Counted from the stretch's first letter, positions 1 to 9,918 are shown. The stretch is DNA of 24,000 bases from Gracilibacillus sp. D59 (GCA_052246695.1 JBQQCK010000017.1); one strand, 5' to 3'. The notes: generated from the sequence alone by a model not told the origin. Made by a program: numbers and translations.

Positions 1-80
1 ACACTCATCATTCTCGTATAGAGCTACCCTGGTACTTTCCACCAACGGATTAATAACTAAAATACGAAATATATTTTTTG

Positions 81-1691
81 TCATGGAGCACCTCGATCAA
101 TATTATATTTGTCCATCTTATAATATAAATTACGAACAGAAACACCTAAAGATTTTGCTGTTTTTGTTTTATTATAAGCATGCTCTTGTAGAGATTGCAT
201 AATATAATCCTTTTCAAACTGATCGATTGCAGTTTGCAATTTTCTATTAGCACTAGACGTGTTTAGATGATTGTTTTCTTGTAAACCAGCTTGACTTAGC
301 TGTTTACTGGAGATGACTTTTGTATATACATCAGTTTGTAATACAATATTTTCGAGTGTTTTCTCTAATTGAACAATATTACCTGGCCAATCACATTTTT
401 TCCAATGTTCAATAATTTTACTATCTACTTCTGATATATTAGTGTGATATTGTTGATTTAGTCTGGCTAGTAAGGTATCTACTAACATATACATATCATC
501 TTGTCTTTCTTTTAAGGCTGGTAATGTAATTTGGTAGCGTAGAATCATGTCATAAAAAGATACATACCAATACTCAGATGTTATCGCCAATGAAGTTCCA
601 AATATCACCCTTATACCTTGACTATTATTTACAAATTCAAGTAATTGAAGTTGTTTATCTTTTGAAATTATTTCATTAATATAAAAATAAATGGTTCCAT
701 TTCTTCCAGCCCTCTTTAAATATTCTAGCTTAGCTTTCAAATTGTTTAAACCAGCTAATTCAAAAAAATTACACCTTAGGAATGAATGTGAATACTTATC
801 ACTCAAGGCATGAATTGCCCTTGCTAGCATATATTTACCTGTTCCCTTTTCCCCTCGAATTAATATGGGGGTTTCCATTCTCGCGTATAACTTTGCTTGC
901 TCACGTGCAATATTGATCGCTGGTGAATTACCAATGATATCGTTTAATTGATAGGTCTTTTCTAATTTTCTAATGATCTTTTTAGCAAATTGAAGTTCTT
1001 TTTCACACTCATTTAGTTTATCTGTATTTAAAAACTGCACACAACCGATTAACTTCCCATTTATTTGGATTGGTTTACTAATTATCTCAATTTGATTGGA
1101 CATGGTGTTATTATCTTGAAAAATCTCCCTAATTTCTCGCCTAGATTCCATTGCGGTTTTGGCCAATTTATCTAGCCATTTGCCAGCATAAGAACTGACA
1201 TTTCGTAATTCATCCCACTGATCACTTATTAACCACTCACTATGATCAACAAGAACAACGCGAAATTTTGTATCACTATTTAACAATTCCTGTAAAACAC
1301 CTTGAAATAAATCCATATTTGTTAAATGACTTACACGATTATGGAATGTTGTTAATGTTTCCACTAGAATTATTATCCCTAGCAGTTCACCTTGTTCACT
1401 TAAATAAGGACTATATCGCGTTATAACTTTTTTTCCATTCCTTTTAATGGTATCGTGAGTTTCAACATGGTGACGAAGTTGTTTTACATTTGTTGTCGAT
1501 GCATCTTCCAAAAGTGCATCAATAGAAATATGAAATGTATTACTATCAATATCAAACATGTCTAGAGCAACCTGATTTATATAAGTGATTTTATCGTTTT
1601 TATCAATTAACAATAAGCCAACTGGTAAGTTATGAAATAAATGGTCATATCCACTCAATGTATTTGCAGTTATTTTCATCACACCTTGCAT
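81..1691 (-). CDS. PAS-domain transcriptional regulator with degenerate sigma-54-interaction-type AAA+ domain and C-terminal Fis-type HTH
   Basis: 536-aa ORF. The N-terminal half has PAS-like sensor repeats. The central domain carries Walker A GEKGTGK, a WPGNIVQLE motif and PALKERQDD. The C-terminus has the HTH KTKTAKSLGVSVRNLYYKM. It occupies the position of bkdR in B. subtilis synteny but is shorter and lacks GAFTGA. Confidence 0.8.
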   Translation of the reverse strand: MQGVMKITANTLSGYDHLFHNLPVGLLLIDKNDKITYINQVALDMFDIDSNTFHISIDALLEDASTTNVKQLRHHVETHDTIKRNGKKVITRYSPYLSEQGELLGIIILVETLTTFHNRVSHLTNMDLFQGVLQELLNSDTKFRVVLVDHSEWLISDQWDELRNVSSYAGKWLDKLAKTAMESRREIREIFQDNNTMSNQIEIISKPIQINGKLIGCVQFLNTDKLNECEKELQFAKKIIRKLEKTYQLNDIIGNSPAINIAREQAKLYARMETPILIRGEKGTGKYMLARAIHALSDKYSHSFLRCNFFELAGLNNLKAKLEYLKRAGRNGTIYFYINEIISKDKQLQLLEFVNNSQGIRVIFGTSLAITSEYWYVSFYDMILRYQITLPALKERQDDMYMLVDTLLARLNQQYHTNISEVDSKIIEHWKKCDWPGNIVQLEKTLENIVLQTDVYTKVISSKQLSQAGLQENNHLNTSSANRKLQTAIDQFEKDYIMQSLQEHAYNKTKTAKSLGVSVRNLYYKMDKYNIDRGAP

Positions 1692-1809
1692 GTTTTTTCA
1701 TAGTTCCATCATAAAACTTCTTGCAATTTATTGCAAGATATAGATATTTTCTTTTATTGTCGTTTTTTGCTATAATTTAATTATTTCCAACGTACTAGGA
1801 GGACATAAG

Positions 1810-2049
1810 TTGAGAATTATTGCGTTATTAATATTGGTCTTGCCTGCTGCATTAGCGACGTACGGGATTAAATTAATGAGAGATGCATTTTTCGGTGAAT
1901 TAACTGCTATATTTATGCATGTTATTATTCAATTTATCGTGGGACTAGGTCTATTTGTAGGAGGATTATATTTTATCGGTGGATTTATTCTGCATAGAGA
2001 TCGGAAACGACATCTAATAAAAGGTGGAAAAAATAACAGGTATTCCTAA
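1810..2049 (+). CDS. small two-TM membrane protein (YqzF/DUF2627-like)
   Basis: 79-aa ORF with a TTG start preceded by AGGAGG at 7-nt spacing. It has two hydrophobic helices and a basic tail, and is followed by a strong terminator whose loop contains the stop codon. Confidence 0.6.
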   Translation: MRIIALLILVLPAALATYGIKLMRDAFFGELTAIFMHVIIQFIVGLGLFVGGLYFIGGFILHRDRKRHLIKGGKNNRYS

Positions 2050-2072
2050 TGAGGAATACCTGTTATTTCATT
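2035..2072 (+). terminator. rho-independent terminator of the small membrane protein gene
   Basis: Perfect 12-bp stem AACAGGTATTCC / GGAATACCTGTT (2035-2046 / 2053-2064) with loop TAATGA, followed by ATTTCATT. Confidence 0.8.
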
Positions 2073-2182
2073 ACCATGCAGGAAAGTATATAACCATTGA
2101 TATCACAATCCCCATATGTGTCAACAATTAATCTTTGTTTGCTAAAAGGACCGGGTGGGCTTTTCCGGCTTTCTTAATATAA

Positions 2183-3529
2183 TTATTCAAAGAAAGTATT
2201 ATACAATGCTTTGACAGATTCATTTACTTTATCTGCCTTTATACCAAACATCATTGATACCTCTGAAGAACCTTGGTTCATCATTTCAATATTGACATTT
2301 GCTTTTGTAAAGGCATGTGTTGCTTTGTCAGCTAAGCCTACTGTACTATCCATACCTTCACCAACAACCATAATTAAAGCTAAATCGCGATCTACACTTA
2401 CTGTATCAGGATCAAGCTCCTCTTTAATACGTGCAATTACACGTTTTTCTTTATCTTCAGTAAGACTTGTTTCACGAATAATAACCGAAATATCATCTAT
2501 TCCTGAAGGAGTATGTTCAAACGAGATATCTTCATCTTCTAAAATGGTTAATAATTTCCGACCAAAACCTAACTCTCTGTTCATTAAATATTTACTAACA
2601 TAAATACTGATAAATCCAGTATCACTAGCAATTCCAACAACCGGGTTCGGTTGCGGCTCTTTTTTCGATACGATAATCGTACCGATTCCATGAGGGTTGT
2701 TCGTATTTTTAATGCAGACTGGAATATCTGCTTTAAAAGCAGGGATAAGTGCCTCATCATGAAAAACAGAAAATCCGGCATATGAAAGTTCACGCATTTC
2801 TTTATAAGTTAACGAAGTGATTTCTTTTGGATTATCGACAATAGTTGGATTCACACAGTATACGGAATCAACATCTGTAAAATTTTCGTAGAGATCAGCT
2901 TTTACTCCTGCTGCTACAATAGAACCTGTAATATCAGAACCACCACGGGAGAAAGTGATTAATTTACCATCTTTTGTATATCCGAAGAAACCTGGGATAA
3001 CCACTATCTCATCACGTTCTCTTAATTTATATAGTTGATCATAGCTTTCGTCTAGAATTTGTGCACTGCCTGGATTGTCACTTACCAATATCCCTGCTTC
3101 TGCTGGATTTAAATAAGCCGCTTTTATTCCTAATGATTGAAGATAAGCACTTAGGACTTTTGCCAGTGAATCTTCCCCAGTTGCCTTCAAAGCGTCCATT
3201 TTTAATGCATCACTATCCTCAGATGCAAGAATTCCTTCTACCCCATCCTTAATTTCCTGAATAATCTGATCTGATATTTTAAGTTCTTTCGTAATTTCCT
3301 GAAAACGATCTAAAACAGTTTGTAAGTTTTCTTCATAATCTTGTTTATTAAAGTAAGCTTCCCCTAGCTCAATAAGCAGATCCGTTACTTTAACATCGTC
3401 AGAAAATCTTTTCCCTGGTGCAGATACGACTATTACCTTACGTTCTTGATCATCTTGTATAATATTTGCTACTTTCTGCAATTGTTCAGCATTAGCTACT
3501 GAACTTCCTCCAAATTTAGCTACTTTCAT
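2183..3529 (-). CDS. aspartate kinase (monofunctional, YclM/aspartokinase III-like, with C-terminal ACT domains)
   Basis: 448-aa ORF. The N-terminus MKVAKFGGSSVANAEQ carries the kinase KFGG(S/T)S motif. Similarity to remembered B. subtilis YclM runs the full length (FSRGGSDITGSI, YREMRELSYAGFSVFHDEA-like stretches). RBS GGAGAGG lies 7 nt upstream of the ATG. Confidence 0.9.
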   Translation of the reverse strand: MKVAKFGGSSVANAEQLQKVANIIQDDQERKVIVVSAPGKRFSDDVKVTDLLIELGEAYFNKQDYEENLQTVLDRFQEITKELKISDQIIQEIKDGVEGILASEDSDALKMDALKATGEDSLAKVLSAYLQSLGIKAAYLNPAEAGILVSDNPGSAQILDESYDQLYKLRERDEIVVIPGFFGYTKDGKLITFSRGGSDITGSIVAAGVKADLYENFTDVDSVYCVNPTIVDNPKEITSLTYKEMRELSYAGFSVFHDEALIPAFKADIPVCIKNTNNPHGIGTIIVSKKEPQPNPVVGIASDTGFISIYVSKYLMNRELGFGRKLLTILEDEDISFEHTPSGIDDISVIIRETSLTEDKEKRVIARIKEELDPDTVSVDRDLALIMVVGEGMDSTVGLADKATHAFTKANVNIEMMNQGSSEVSMMFGIKADKVNESVKALYNTFFE

Positions 3530-3728
3530 GTTTTAACCTCTCCAATAATTATTTTTATGCCAATAAAAATATTATCATACTTTTGTCTGAATTGTTAAAC
3601 AAAAGTAGTGTCTAAACTTAAAAATATTGGAGAATTCAATCGCTTACGTGAATGAGATTAGTGACAGCTTAAAATTTTGGATTAAATCACACCATATAAA
3701 CATAGACCACTATTGTGATTGCTCTTTA

Positions 3729-4328
3729 TTATTTTTTAATAAACATTTGCGTCCAATAATTTCCTGATCTTACGTATCCTACACCGATATGTGTGTAATC
3801 TCCATTTAATATATTTGCTCTATGTCCACTAGAATTCATCCAAGCTTGTACAACTTGATATGGTGTTTCTTGCCCTTTTGCTATATTTTCCGCTGCCGAA
3901 CGATAGTTAATTCCAAAATCTCTCATCATATTAAAGGGAGATCCATATGTGGGGCTTTGATGGCTAAAATAATTATTTTGTTTCATATCCTGTGATTTAT
4001 ATCGAGCAACGCGTGACAATTGCCAATCAGGTCTTAATGGTGCTAAACCATATTTCTCTCTCTCTTGATTGGTATACTGAATTACTTGGTGCTCAATCGA
4101 CTTTATTTGATCTTTAGATGGAATCGTCACCTTCTGATTAGGATAGATTAAATCTGGATTTTCGATTTGCTCATTCGCCTCAATAATTTCGGATAAACCA
4201 ATTCGATATTGTACCGATATTTTCCAAAGACTTTCCCCAGGTTGAACGATATGTGTTGCTGCAAATACAGATTGTATCGGAACCAGAAACAAAAATAATG
4301 TAAGTATTATCAACACTAGCTGTTTCAT
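3729..4328 (-). CDS. secreted LysM domain + CAP/SCP (PR-1-like) domain protein
   Basis: 199-aa ORF with a signal peptide ending VFA-AT. A LysM motif follows (HIVQPGESLWKISVQYRIGLSEIIEAN...IYPNQKVTIP). The C-terminus is a CAP/SCP-like domain (GHRANILNGDYTHIGVG). RBS AAGGAG lies 8 nt upstream. Confidence 0.8.
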   Translation of the reverse strand: MKQLVLIILTLFLFLVPIQSVFAATHIVQPGESLWKISVQYRIGLSEIIEANEQIENPDLIYPNQKVTIPSKDQIKSIEHQVIQYTNQEREKYGLAPLRPDWQLSRVARYKSQDMKQNNYFSHQSPTYGSPFNMMRDFGINYRSAAENIAKGQETPYQVVQAWMNSSGHRANILNGDYTHIGVGYVRSGNYWTQMFIKK

Positions 4329-4455
4329 ATTTTCAACTCCTTAATTATTTGTAATATTTTTTCACATGTCTAGAAATATATGCACTCAAATAATTGGCAA
4401 TACAAAATTGATCGTGATAAAGTATCTATAGGCTGAAAAGGTTGGAGGGTTGGAC

Positions 4456-5553
4456 TTGAATTGGAGATTTTGGGAAAGTATTACTTATGATGATTATGTA
4501 CAGATTGCCATAAGTATCGGGATAATATTTTTTGCATTTATATTAAGAAAACTCTTTATTAAATATATCTACTTTCTATTACTAAAATTGGTAAGGAAAG
4601 GGAAAACTGATTTTTTAGATTATGTTTTAACCGCATTTGAAAAACCGTTGCGAGCATTAATCATTATTATTGGTGTGTATATTGCTATAGATTATTTTCC
4701 ATATTTAGATCAAGAAAATAAATTATTTGGCCAAATAATTAGCGTGAGTTTTATTATCGCCATTACTTGGGGATTGTACAATTTATCCTCTAGTTCTTCA
4801 CTGCTATTTATGAAAATCAATGATAGACTGAATTTTGAAATGGATCAAATTTTAATACCGTTTTTATCGAAAGCAGTACGAGTAATTATCATTGCCATAA
4901 GTATAAGTATTATTGCACAAGAATTTGGTTATGAAGTGAGTGGTTTTGTAGCCGGGCTTGGCCTTGGCGGTTTAGCCTTTGCATTAGCTGCACAAGAAGT
5001 AATCAAGAACTTATTTGGTGGAGTTGTGATAATTACAGAAAAGCCTTTTTCAATCGGTGATTGGATTCAGTCACCTAGTATTGAGGGAATTGTTGAAGAT
5101 ATTAACTTTCGTAGCACTATTATTCGTACATTCGCCGATTCTGTCATAACTATTCCGAACGCCACTTTATCAAATGAACCGATCACAAACTGGAGTCAAA
5201 TGGGAAAAAGACGTATTTTCTTTAATCTAGGCGTAGAATACGGCACTTCAAAAGATCAGCTCAAAACAGTCACGGAACAAATTAGAACCTACTTACAAAA
5301 TAATGAAAATATTCATCCAGAAACAATATTTGTTCGGTTCACTGAGTACAATGACAGTAGCTTAGATATTATGCTTTATTTCTTTACCAATACAATCGTT
5401 TGGGAAGAATATTTAGAAGTGAAAGAAGCTGTGAATTTTAAAATTATGGAAATATTGGAAGATGCAAATGTTTCTGTAGCATTCCCTTCCCGTTCACTTT
5501 ATTTAGATCAAGAAAGCCATGAATTCATGAATCACTTTCATTCACAAGAATAA
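4456..5553 (+). CDS. mechanosensitive ion channel (MscS family) protein
   Basis: The ORF has N-terminal TM helices followed by the MscS beta-domain signature (NLFGGVVIITEKPFSIGDWI...GIVEDINFRSTIIRT). The track start TTG 4450 directly abuts GGAGGG, so TTG 4456 (6-nt spacing) is the more plausible start. Confidence 0.85.
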   Translation: MNWRFWESITYDDYVQIAISIGIIFFAFILRKLFIKYIYFLLLKLVRKGKTDFLDYVLTAFEKPLRALIIIIGVYIAIDYFPYLDQENKLFGQIISVSFIIAITWGLYNLSSSSSLLFMKINDRLNFEMDQILIPFLSKAVRVIIIAISISIIAQEFGYEVSGFVAGLGLGGLAFALAAQEVIKNLFGGVVIITEKPFSIGDWIQSPSIEGIVEDINFRSTIIRTFADSVITIPNATLSNEPITNWSQMGKRRIFFNLGVEYGTSKDQLKTVTEQIRTYLQNNENIHPETIFVRFTEYNDSSLDIMLYFFTNTIVWEEYLEVKEAVNFKIMEILEDANVSVAFPSRSLYLDQESHEFMNHFHSQE

Positions 5554-5611
5554 GAAATATTGTGCAAAACCTGCCAGTATTTAATCGATGTAGATTTATT
5601 CTAATAAAATA

Positions 5612-5653
5612 AAGTATCACCCGCTCTAATGACAATAGAAACGGGTGATACTT
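5612..5653. terminator. bidirectional terminator between the convergent mscS-family gene and spo0A
   Basis: 12-bp stem AAGTATCACCCG / CGGGTGATACTT (5612-5623 / 5642-5653). T-rich runs follow it on both strands. Confidence 0.75.
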
Positions 5654-5731
5654 TTCTATATTTAGTACTTGTTTGGAAATTAATGTGAAAGTTTGCCACT
5701 AACGATACGTGACAAATGAGTTGGAAAATTT

Positions 5732-6514
5732 TTAGCTAGCACGATGTTCTAATCTTAACCGATCAGCAACCATCGCAATGAATTCAGAATTAGTCGGTTT
5801 TGCTTTTGAGACACTGACCGTGTAGCCGAATAATGAAGATATAGAGTCCATATTACCTCTACTCCATGCAACCTCAATTGCATGACGAATAGCTCTTTCT
5901 ACTCTTGAGGCAGTTGTATTGAATTTGGTTGCAATGTCTGGATATAACACTTTTGTTATCGATCCTAATAATTCAATATCATTGTACACCATCGTAATTG
6001 CTTCACGTAAATACATATAACCTTTAATGTGTGCTGGCACACCAATTTCGTGAATGATGTGTGTAATATTTGCTTCTAAATCGAACTTTTTGTTTTGACT
6101 ACTATTAGCAGATCTCTGCTCATTATGTACTGCAGTTTGAATTCCATGAACCTGCCTAATCTGATCTGCAAGATGTTCTAAATCAAATGGTTTCAGGATA
6201 AAATAGGATGCACCTAAACCAACAGCTTTTTTAGTCACTTCTTCTTGACCAAATGCAGTAAGCATAATAACGTTAATGTGCTTTGTGTTTTCATTTTGTT
6301 TTAATTTAGAAAGAACAGCTAAGCCATCTATATGAGGCATAATAATATCTAACACAACAACATCTGGATTAAATTCTTCCAGATTATTCAGACATTCCTT
6401 CCCATTATATGCTTTACCTACTACTTCAATATCATCCTGATCTAGTAAGTATTCGTCCATTAAATCTACAAGTTCTTGATTGTCATCAACTAACATAACC
6501 TTTGTCTTTTCCAC
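5732..6514 (-). CDS. spo0A: sporulation master response regulator Spo0A
   Basis: The receiver domain ([15 protein letters not shown]) and the Spo0A C-terminal DNA-binding domain ([52 protein letters not shown]) are near-identical to B. subtilis Spo0A. The likely start is GTG at 6514 (VEKTKV...), with AAGGAGGAG 6 nt upstream. The track start TTG 6532 lies inside that RBS. Confidence 0.95.
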   Translation of the reverse strand: MEKTKVMLVDDNQELVDLMDEYLLDQDDIEVVGKAYNGKECLNNLEEFNPDVVVLDIIMPHIDGLAVLSKLKQNENTKHINVIMLTAFGQEEVTKKAVGLGASYFILKPFDLEHLADQIRQVHGIQTAVHNEQRSANSSQNKKFDLEANITHIIHEIGVPAHIKGYMYLREAITMVYNDIELLGSITKVLYPDIATKFNTTASRVERAIRHAIEVAWSRGNMDSISSLFGYTVSVSKAKPTNSEFIAMVADRLRLEHRAS

Positions 6515-6566
6515 AAAAAGCTCCTCCTTCAATTCTTATGCTAACAAATTTGATCCCACCTAATAA

Positions 6567-6591
6567 ATTCGACAAAAGGAAGAAAAATCCT
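6567..6591 (-). promoter_or_regulatory. candidate sigma-H-type promoter (Ps-like) of spo0A with an overlapping 0A box
   Basis: The minus strand reads AGGATTT (6591-6585), an 11-nt spacer, then GTCGAAT (6573-6567). This matches the remembered sigma-H consensus RNAGGAWWW-N11-12-RNNGAAT. TGTCGAA (6574-6568) is a consensus Spo0A box. Confidence 0.5.
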
Positions 6592-6635
6592 TCTTATCTT
6601 TCTAAAAAAATTATTTTTCTTAAAAATATTGGAAA

Positions 6636-6642
6636 TGTCGAA
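6636..6642 (+). promoter_or_regulatory. second consensus Spo0A-binding (0A) box upstream of spo0A
   Basis: Exact TGTCGAA on the plus strand, in the opposite orientation to the box at 6568-6574, within the spo0A upstream region. Confidence 0.45.
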
Positions 6643-6721
6643 AAATCTTTATTTTATGATAGCAAAATTATTCCATCATATCAATGCTTTTTATATAAAT
6701 AATCAGAACATGATAATTAGA

Positions 6722-6765
6722 CAAAAAAACTAAGCCCGTTTCAACATAAGATGAAACGGGCTTAG
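6722..6765 (-). terminator. rho-independent terminator downstream of spoIVB
   Basis: 14-bp perfect stem CTAAGCCCGTTTCA / TGAAACGGGCTTAG (6730-6743 / 6752-6765), followed on the minus strand by TTTTTTT (6729-6723). Confidence 0.85.
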
Positions 6766-6779
6766 ATTCCTCTAGAAAA

Positions 6780-8066
6780 TTAGCTTGCTTTCTTATTTTC
6801 TTGTTTGTATATATTAATCCCTGCTTCATTTAACATCCATTCAATATGCACACCATATCCACTGGTTGGATCATTAACAAAGACATGTGTAACCGCACCG
6901 ACAACCTTGTCATTTTGGATGATAGGACTACCACTCATTCCTTGTACGATCCCGCCAGTTGCATCTAATAATCGCTTATCGGTGATTTTCAATATAAGCC
7001 CTTTTGTTGCAGGAGCTGTTTGATCAATACTGTTGACAATCTCAACATCAAATGCTTCCACTTTTTCTCCATCAATAACCGTTAATATTTTTGCTGGTCC
7101 TTCTTTTACTTCATTAGGTAATGCTATTGACATTGGCTTTGCCCATTTTCCTTCTTTTGGTGGTTCTTGTAGTTTACCAAATATACCAAATGGTGAATTT
7201 TTGGTTATGTTACCTAATTGAACATCATTAAATTTAAAATCTGCTTTCTTCTCCCCAGGAACGCCATTTTCTCCCTTTTTAATATCTGTAATTTCGGAAC
7301 GAACAATTGATCCATCATTGATTTCTACTGGTTTTCTTGTGTCCATGTCAGATATAATATGACCTAATGCACCATATTTTTCTGATTTCGGATCATAAAA
7401 AGTCATAGTACCAATTCCTGCAGCTGAATCTCGGATATACAAACCAATACGATAATCTTCTTCCTTAACATCATACTGAGGAGTTAAATCAGTTTCAATC
7501 GTCTGCTGCCCTCGTTTAATTTCCACATTTAATGGTTCATTGTTCTTTCCTGCTTTCTTTACCATTGGTGCTACTTCTTCCATGCTCGAAATGGATTTGT
7601 CATTAATCGATATAATACTATCACCAACTTGAATATTCGCTTCTTCACCTGGTGATATTGTGCCATCATCAGTTGTTACTAAATGATGACCGACTACAAG
7701 TACTCCCTCTGTATGCAGATTGATTCCTATTGACTGCCCGCCAGGAATAATACGGAAATCATCGTATACTTCAACATTTACTCTCTTTATGGGAACTTTT
7801 CCTAATGTATATGTGACTTCATCATTTCCGCTTTCTTCAAGTGAATAATTCATTAAATCTGTAGCGTAGTGAACGGACTCGTCGTTCATTGCGGATACTG
7901 AAACATTATCACCTAAGGTTGGTAATTGAACCGATTCTGATTGAGAAAAGGTTTTGATCTGGTTTGGGATGGAAAGGTATATTTGAAATGGCGAATACCA
8001 TGGAAGTACAAATAATATGACAAGGAGTATTAATCCTATAGTTTTTCTTATATAATCATTTTTCAC
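6780..8066 (-). CDS. spoIVB: SpoIVB signalling serine peptidase (S55, PDZ domain)
   Basis: 428-aa ORF with an N-terminal TM anchor and a PDZ region ([18 protein letters not shown]). The catalytic region has GALGH and [30 protein letters not shown]. It sits next to spo0A and recN as in B. subtilis. The GTG start is preceded by AGGAGGG at 7 nt. Confidence 0.93.
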   Translation of the reverse strand: MKNDYIRKTIGLILLVILFVLPWYSPFQIYLSIPNQIKTFSQSESVQLPTLGDNVSVSAMNDESVHYATDLMNYSLEESGNDEVTYTLGKVPIKRVNVEVYDDFRIIPGGQSIGINLHTEGVLVVGHHLVTTDDGTISPGEEANIQVGDSIISINDKSISSMEEVAPMVKKAGKNNEPLNVEIKRGQQTIETDLTPQYDVKEEDYRIGLYIRDSAAGIGTMTFYDPKSEKYGALGHIISDMDTRKPVEINDGSIVRSEITDIKKGENGVPGEKKADFKFNDVQLGNITKNSPFGIFGKLQEPPKEGKWAKPMSIALPNEVKEGPAKILTVIDGEKVEAFDVEIVNSIDQTAPATKGLILKITDKRLLDATGGIVQGMSGSPIIQNDKVVGAVTHVFVNDPTSGYGVHIEWMLNEAGINIYKQENKKAS

Positions 8067-8112
8067 AACATCGCCCTCCTTGTGGATACAGACTATTTTT
8101 GATCTGTATCAT

Positions 8113-8142
8113 TAATTTGACCTTAAGGAGGGCTTTTTAAAC
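8113..8142 (-). promoter_or_regulatory. weak candidate forespore (sigma-G/F-type) promoter for spoIVB
   Basis: The minus strand reads GTTTA (8142-8138), an 18-nt spacer, then CAAATTA (8119-8113). The remembered consensus is GHATR-N18-CAHWHTA, so there is one mismatch in the -35. Confidence 0.3.
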
Positions 8143-8202
8143 CCGTTAAACATAACAAAATCGGGGGAACTTTTCCACTTGTAGAAATGTTTTGACGGGA
8201 TA

Positions 8203-9918
8203 TTATTTTTTATGATTCATTTCAATTAATTCTTTAGCGTGTATTCTCGATGTTTCCGTTAATTCGGCACCAGTAATCATCTTTCCAATTTCATCAATAC
8301 GTTCTACAAATGATAATTCTTGTATTGTTGTATATGTTCGATTATCCTGAATTACCTTTTCAATTTTTAAATGTGTATCTGCAATCGAGGCTACCTGTGG
8401 CAGGTGTGTAATACAAAGAACTTGTGATCCAATTGAAATATTATGAATTTTATCTGCCATTGATTGTGCTACACGACCACTAACTCCTGTATCTACTTCA
8501 TCAAAAATAACACTGGTAACTCCCTGATGTCTCGAAAAAATATTTTTTAGAGCTAGCATGATTCTTGACATTTCCCCACCTGAAGCGATCCGATCCAATT
8601 CCTTCACCGGTTCTCCAGGATTGGTAGAAATTAAAAATTTCACTTGGTCTATCCCATCTTCATTTGGAAATACTTTCTTTCCCTCAAAAGATATGCCTCT
8701 TTCTTTATTAGGTATCGATACATCTACTTGGAAATTTGTTTTTTCTAAATAAAGATCCTTTAATTCCGTCAAGACAGCCTTCTCCAAGTGTTTTGCAGCT
8801 TTTTTTCTAATGTTATGCAACTCTTTTGCTTCTATTAACAAGTCATTTGCTACTTCCTGTAACATGTCAGATAAATTAGCGAGGTGCTGATCACGATTTT
8901 TTATTTCATCTAATTCATCTTCAATTTTAGCACTATACGTCATGATTTCTTCAACGCTTTGGCCATACTTCCTTTTCAACTGATCAATTTCATGTAGCCT
9001 TGATTCAATTAGCTCAAGTCTGCCATGTTCATAATCCATATTTTCAACGTATTGTCTAATTTGGTATGATAATTCTTCTATTAAATAATAATGATCAACG
9101 TATTGTTGATGAATTTTTTGAATGTCTTTATTATGTTCTCCAGCTTCTTCTAGGTTATTAGCAGCATGTGATAGCCAGTCTAAGCCTCTTTGCTCACCAT
9201 GTAAAGCATTGTAGGCATCGTTCAGATTTTTATGGATCGTTTCAAAATGATGTAATTTATTACGTTCATTTGTCAGGTCTTCATCTTCATTTGGTTGTAA
9301 GTCGGCCTTTTGAATTTCATTTATTTGAAATTCCAATAAATCAATTCGCTGTGCTAATTCCTGTTCATTTTTGTTATTAGCTTCATATTTATCTTTTAAT
9401 TCTTTCCATTGTTGATAAATTCTTTGATAATCCCTCTTAAATTGAGAATGATTTGATTGATAAAAGAAATCTAACAATTCTATATGTTTATCCTGATTAA
9501 GTAATGCCTGTGTTTCATGTTGACTATGTATGTCTAAGACCGTTTGCCCAAATTCCTTCAATATTGCTAAAGTGGTTAATTTGCCGTTGATTCTACAGAT
9601 ACTCTTTCCTGAATAGGAAATAGTCCGATGTAAAACAAGCATATGATCTTCCATTATGTCAATTCCTAGTTCTTTTGCCTTTTGATAAACAGGATGTGCT
9701 GTGTCTTCTATGATAAATAAGCCTTCTAATTCAGCTTTTTTCTCACCATGTCGAACATATTCAACTGATCCTCGTCCACCAATTAATAAACCAACTGCAT
9801 CAATGATAATCGATTTCCCTGCACCTGTTTCACCAGTTAAAACAGTTAACCCTTTTTGAAATGATATATGCAGCTCATCAATAATAGCAAAATTTTTAAT
9901 GGACAATTCGGTTAACAT
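8203..9918 (-). CDS. recN: DNA repair protein RecN
   Basis: 571-aa ORF with Walker A GETGAGKS at the N-terminus, a long coiled-coil middle, and an SMC-type signature/Walker B at the C-terminus (SGGEMSRIMLAL, VIFDEVDTGVSG). Confidence 0.95.
   Translation of the reverse strand: MLTELSIKNFAIIDELHISFQKGLTVLTGETGAGKSIIIDAVGLLIGGRGSVEYVRHGEKKAELEGLFIIEDTAHPVYQKAKELGIDIMEDHMLVLHRTISYSGKSICRINGKLTTLAILKEFGQTVLDIHSQHETQALLNQDKHIELLDFFYQSNHSQFKRDYQRIYQQWKELKDKYEANNKNEQELAQRIDLLEFQINEIQKADLQPNEDEDLTNERNKLHHFETIHKNLNDAYNALHGEQRGLDWLSHAANNLEEAGEHNKDIQKIHQQYVDHYYLIEELSYQIRQYVENMDYEHGRLELIESRLHEIDQLKRKYGQSVEEIMTYSAKIEDELDEIKNRDQHLANLSDMLQEVANDLLIEAKELHNIRKKAAKHLEKAVLTELKDLYLEKTNFQVDVSIPNKERGISFEGKKVFPNEDGIDQVKFLISTNPGEPVKELDRIASGGEMSRIMLALKNIFSRHQGVTSVIFDEVDTGVSGRVAQSMADKIHNISIGSQVLCITHLPQVASIADTHLKIEKVIQDNRTYTTIQELSFVERIDEIGKMITGAELTETSRIHAKELIEMNHKK

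Noticed and set aside
1-80. Sigma-54 (-24/-12, TGGCAC-N5-TTGC) promoter or start of a regulated operon downstream of the bEBP-like regulator
   Set aside because: No GG-N10-GC element with the right context is present; TGGTGGAAAGTACCAGG does not fit. A possible ATGATG at positions 13-8 on the minus strand is too close to the window edge to call a gene.
2211-2603. Plus-strand 130-aa ORF, and similar antisense ORFs elsewhere (for example 22255-22701, 22926-23300, 23634-23996, 19900-20151, 15672-15917)
   Set aside because: All lie entirely inside well-supported minus-strand genes and have low-complexity Ser/Ile/Phe-rich translations with no RBS. These are typical shadow ORFs of AT-rich coding sequence.
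3530-3728. Possible lysine (L-box) riboswitch leader upstream of the aspartokinase gene
   Set aside because: The ~200-nt upstream region is very AT-rich and has no multi-helix GC-supported structure or conserved L-box core that I could recognise. It looks like an ordinary promoter region.
8085-8110. 8-bp hairpin GATACAGA/TCTGTATC just upstream of the spoIVB RBS, considered as a recN terminator or 5' stabiliser
   Set aside because: No U-tract follows it on the minus strand. It also overlaps the transcription start predicted from the weak forespore-type promoter candidate, so neither interpretation is supported well enough.
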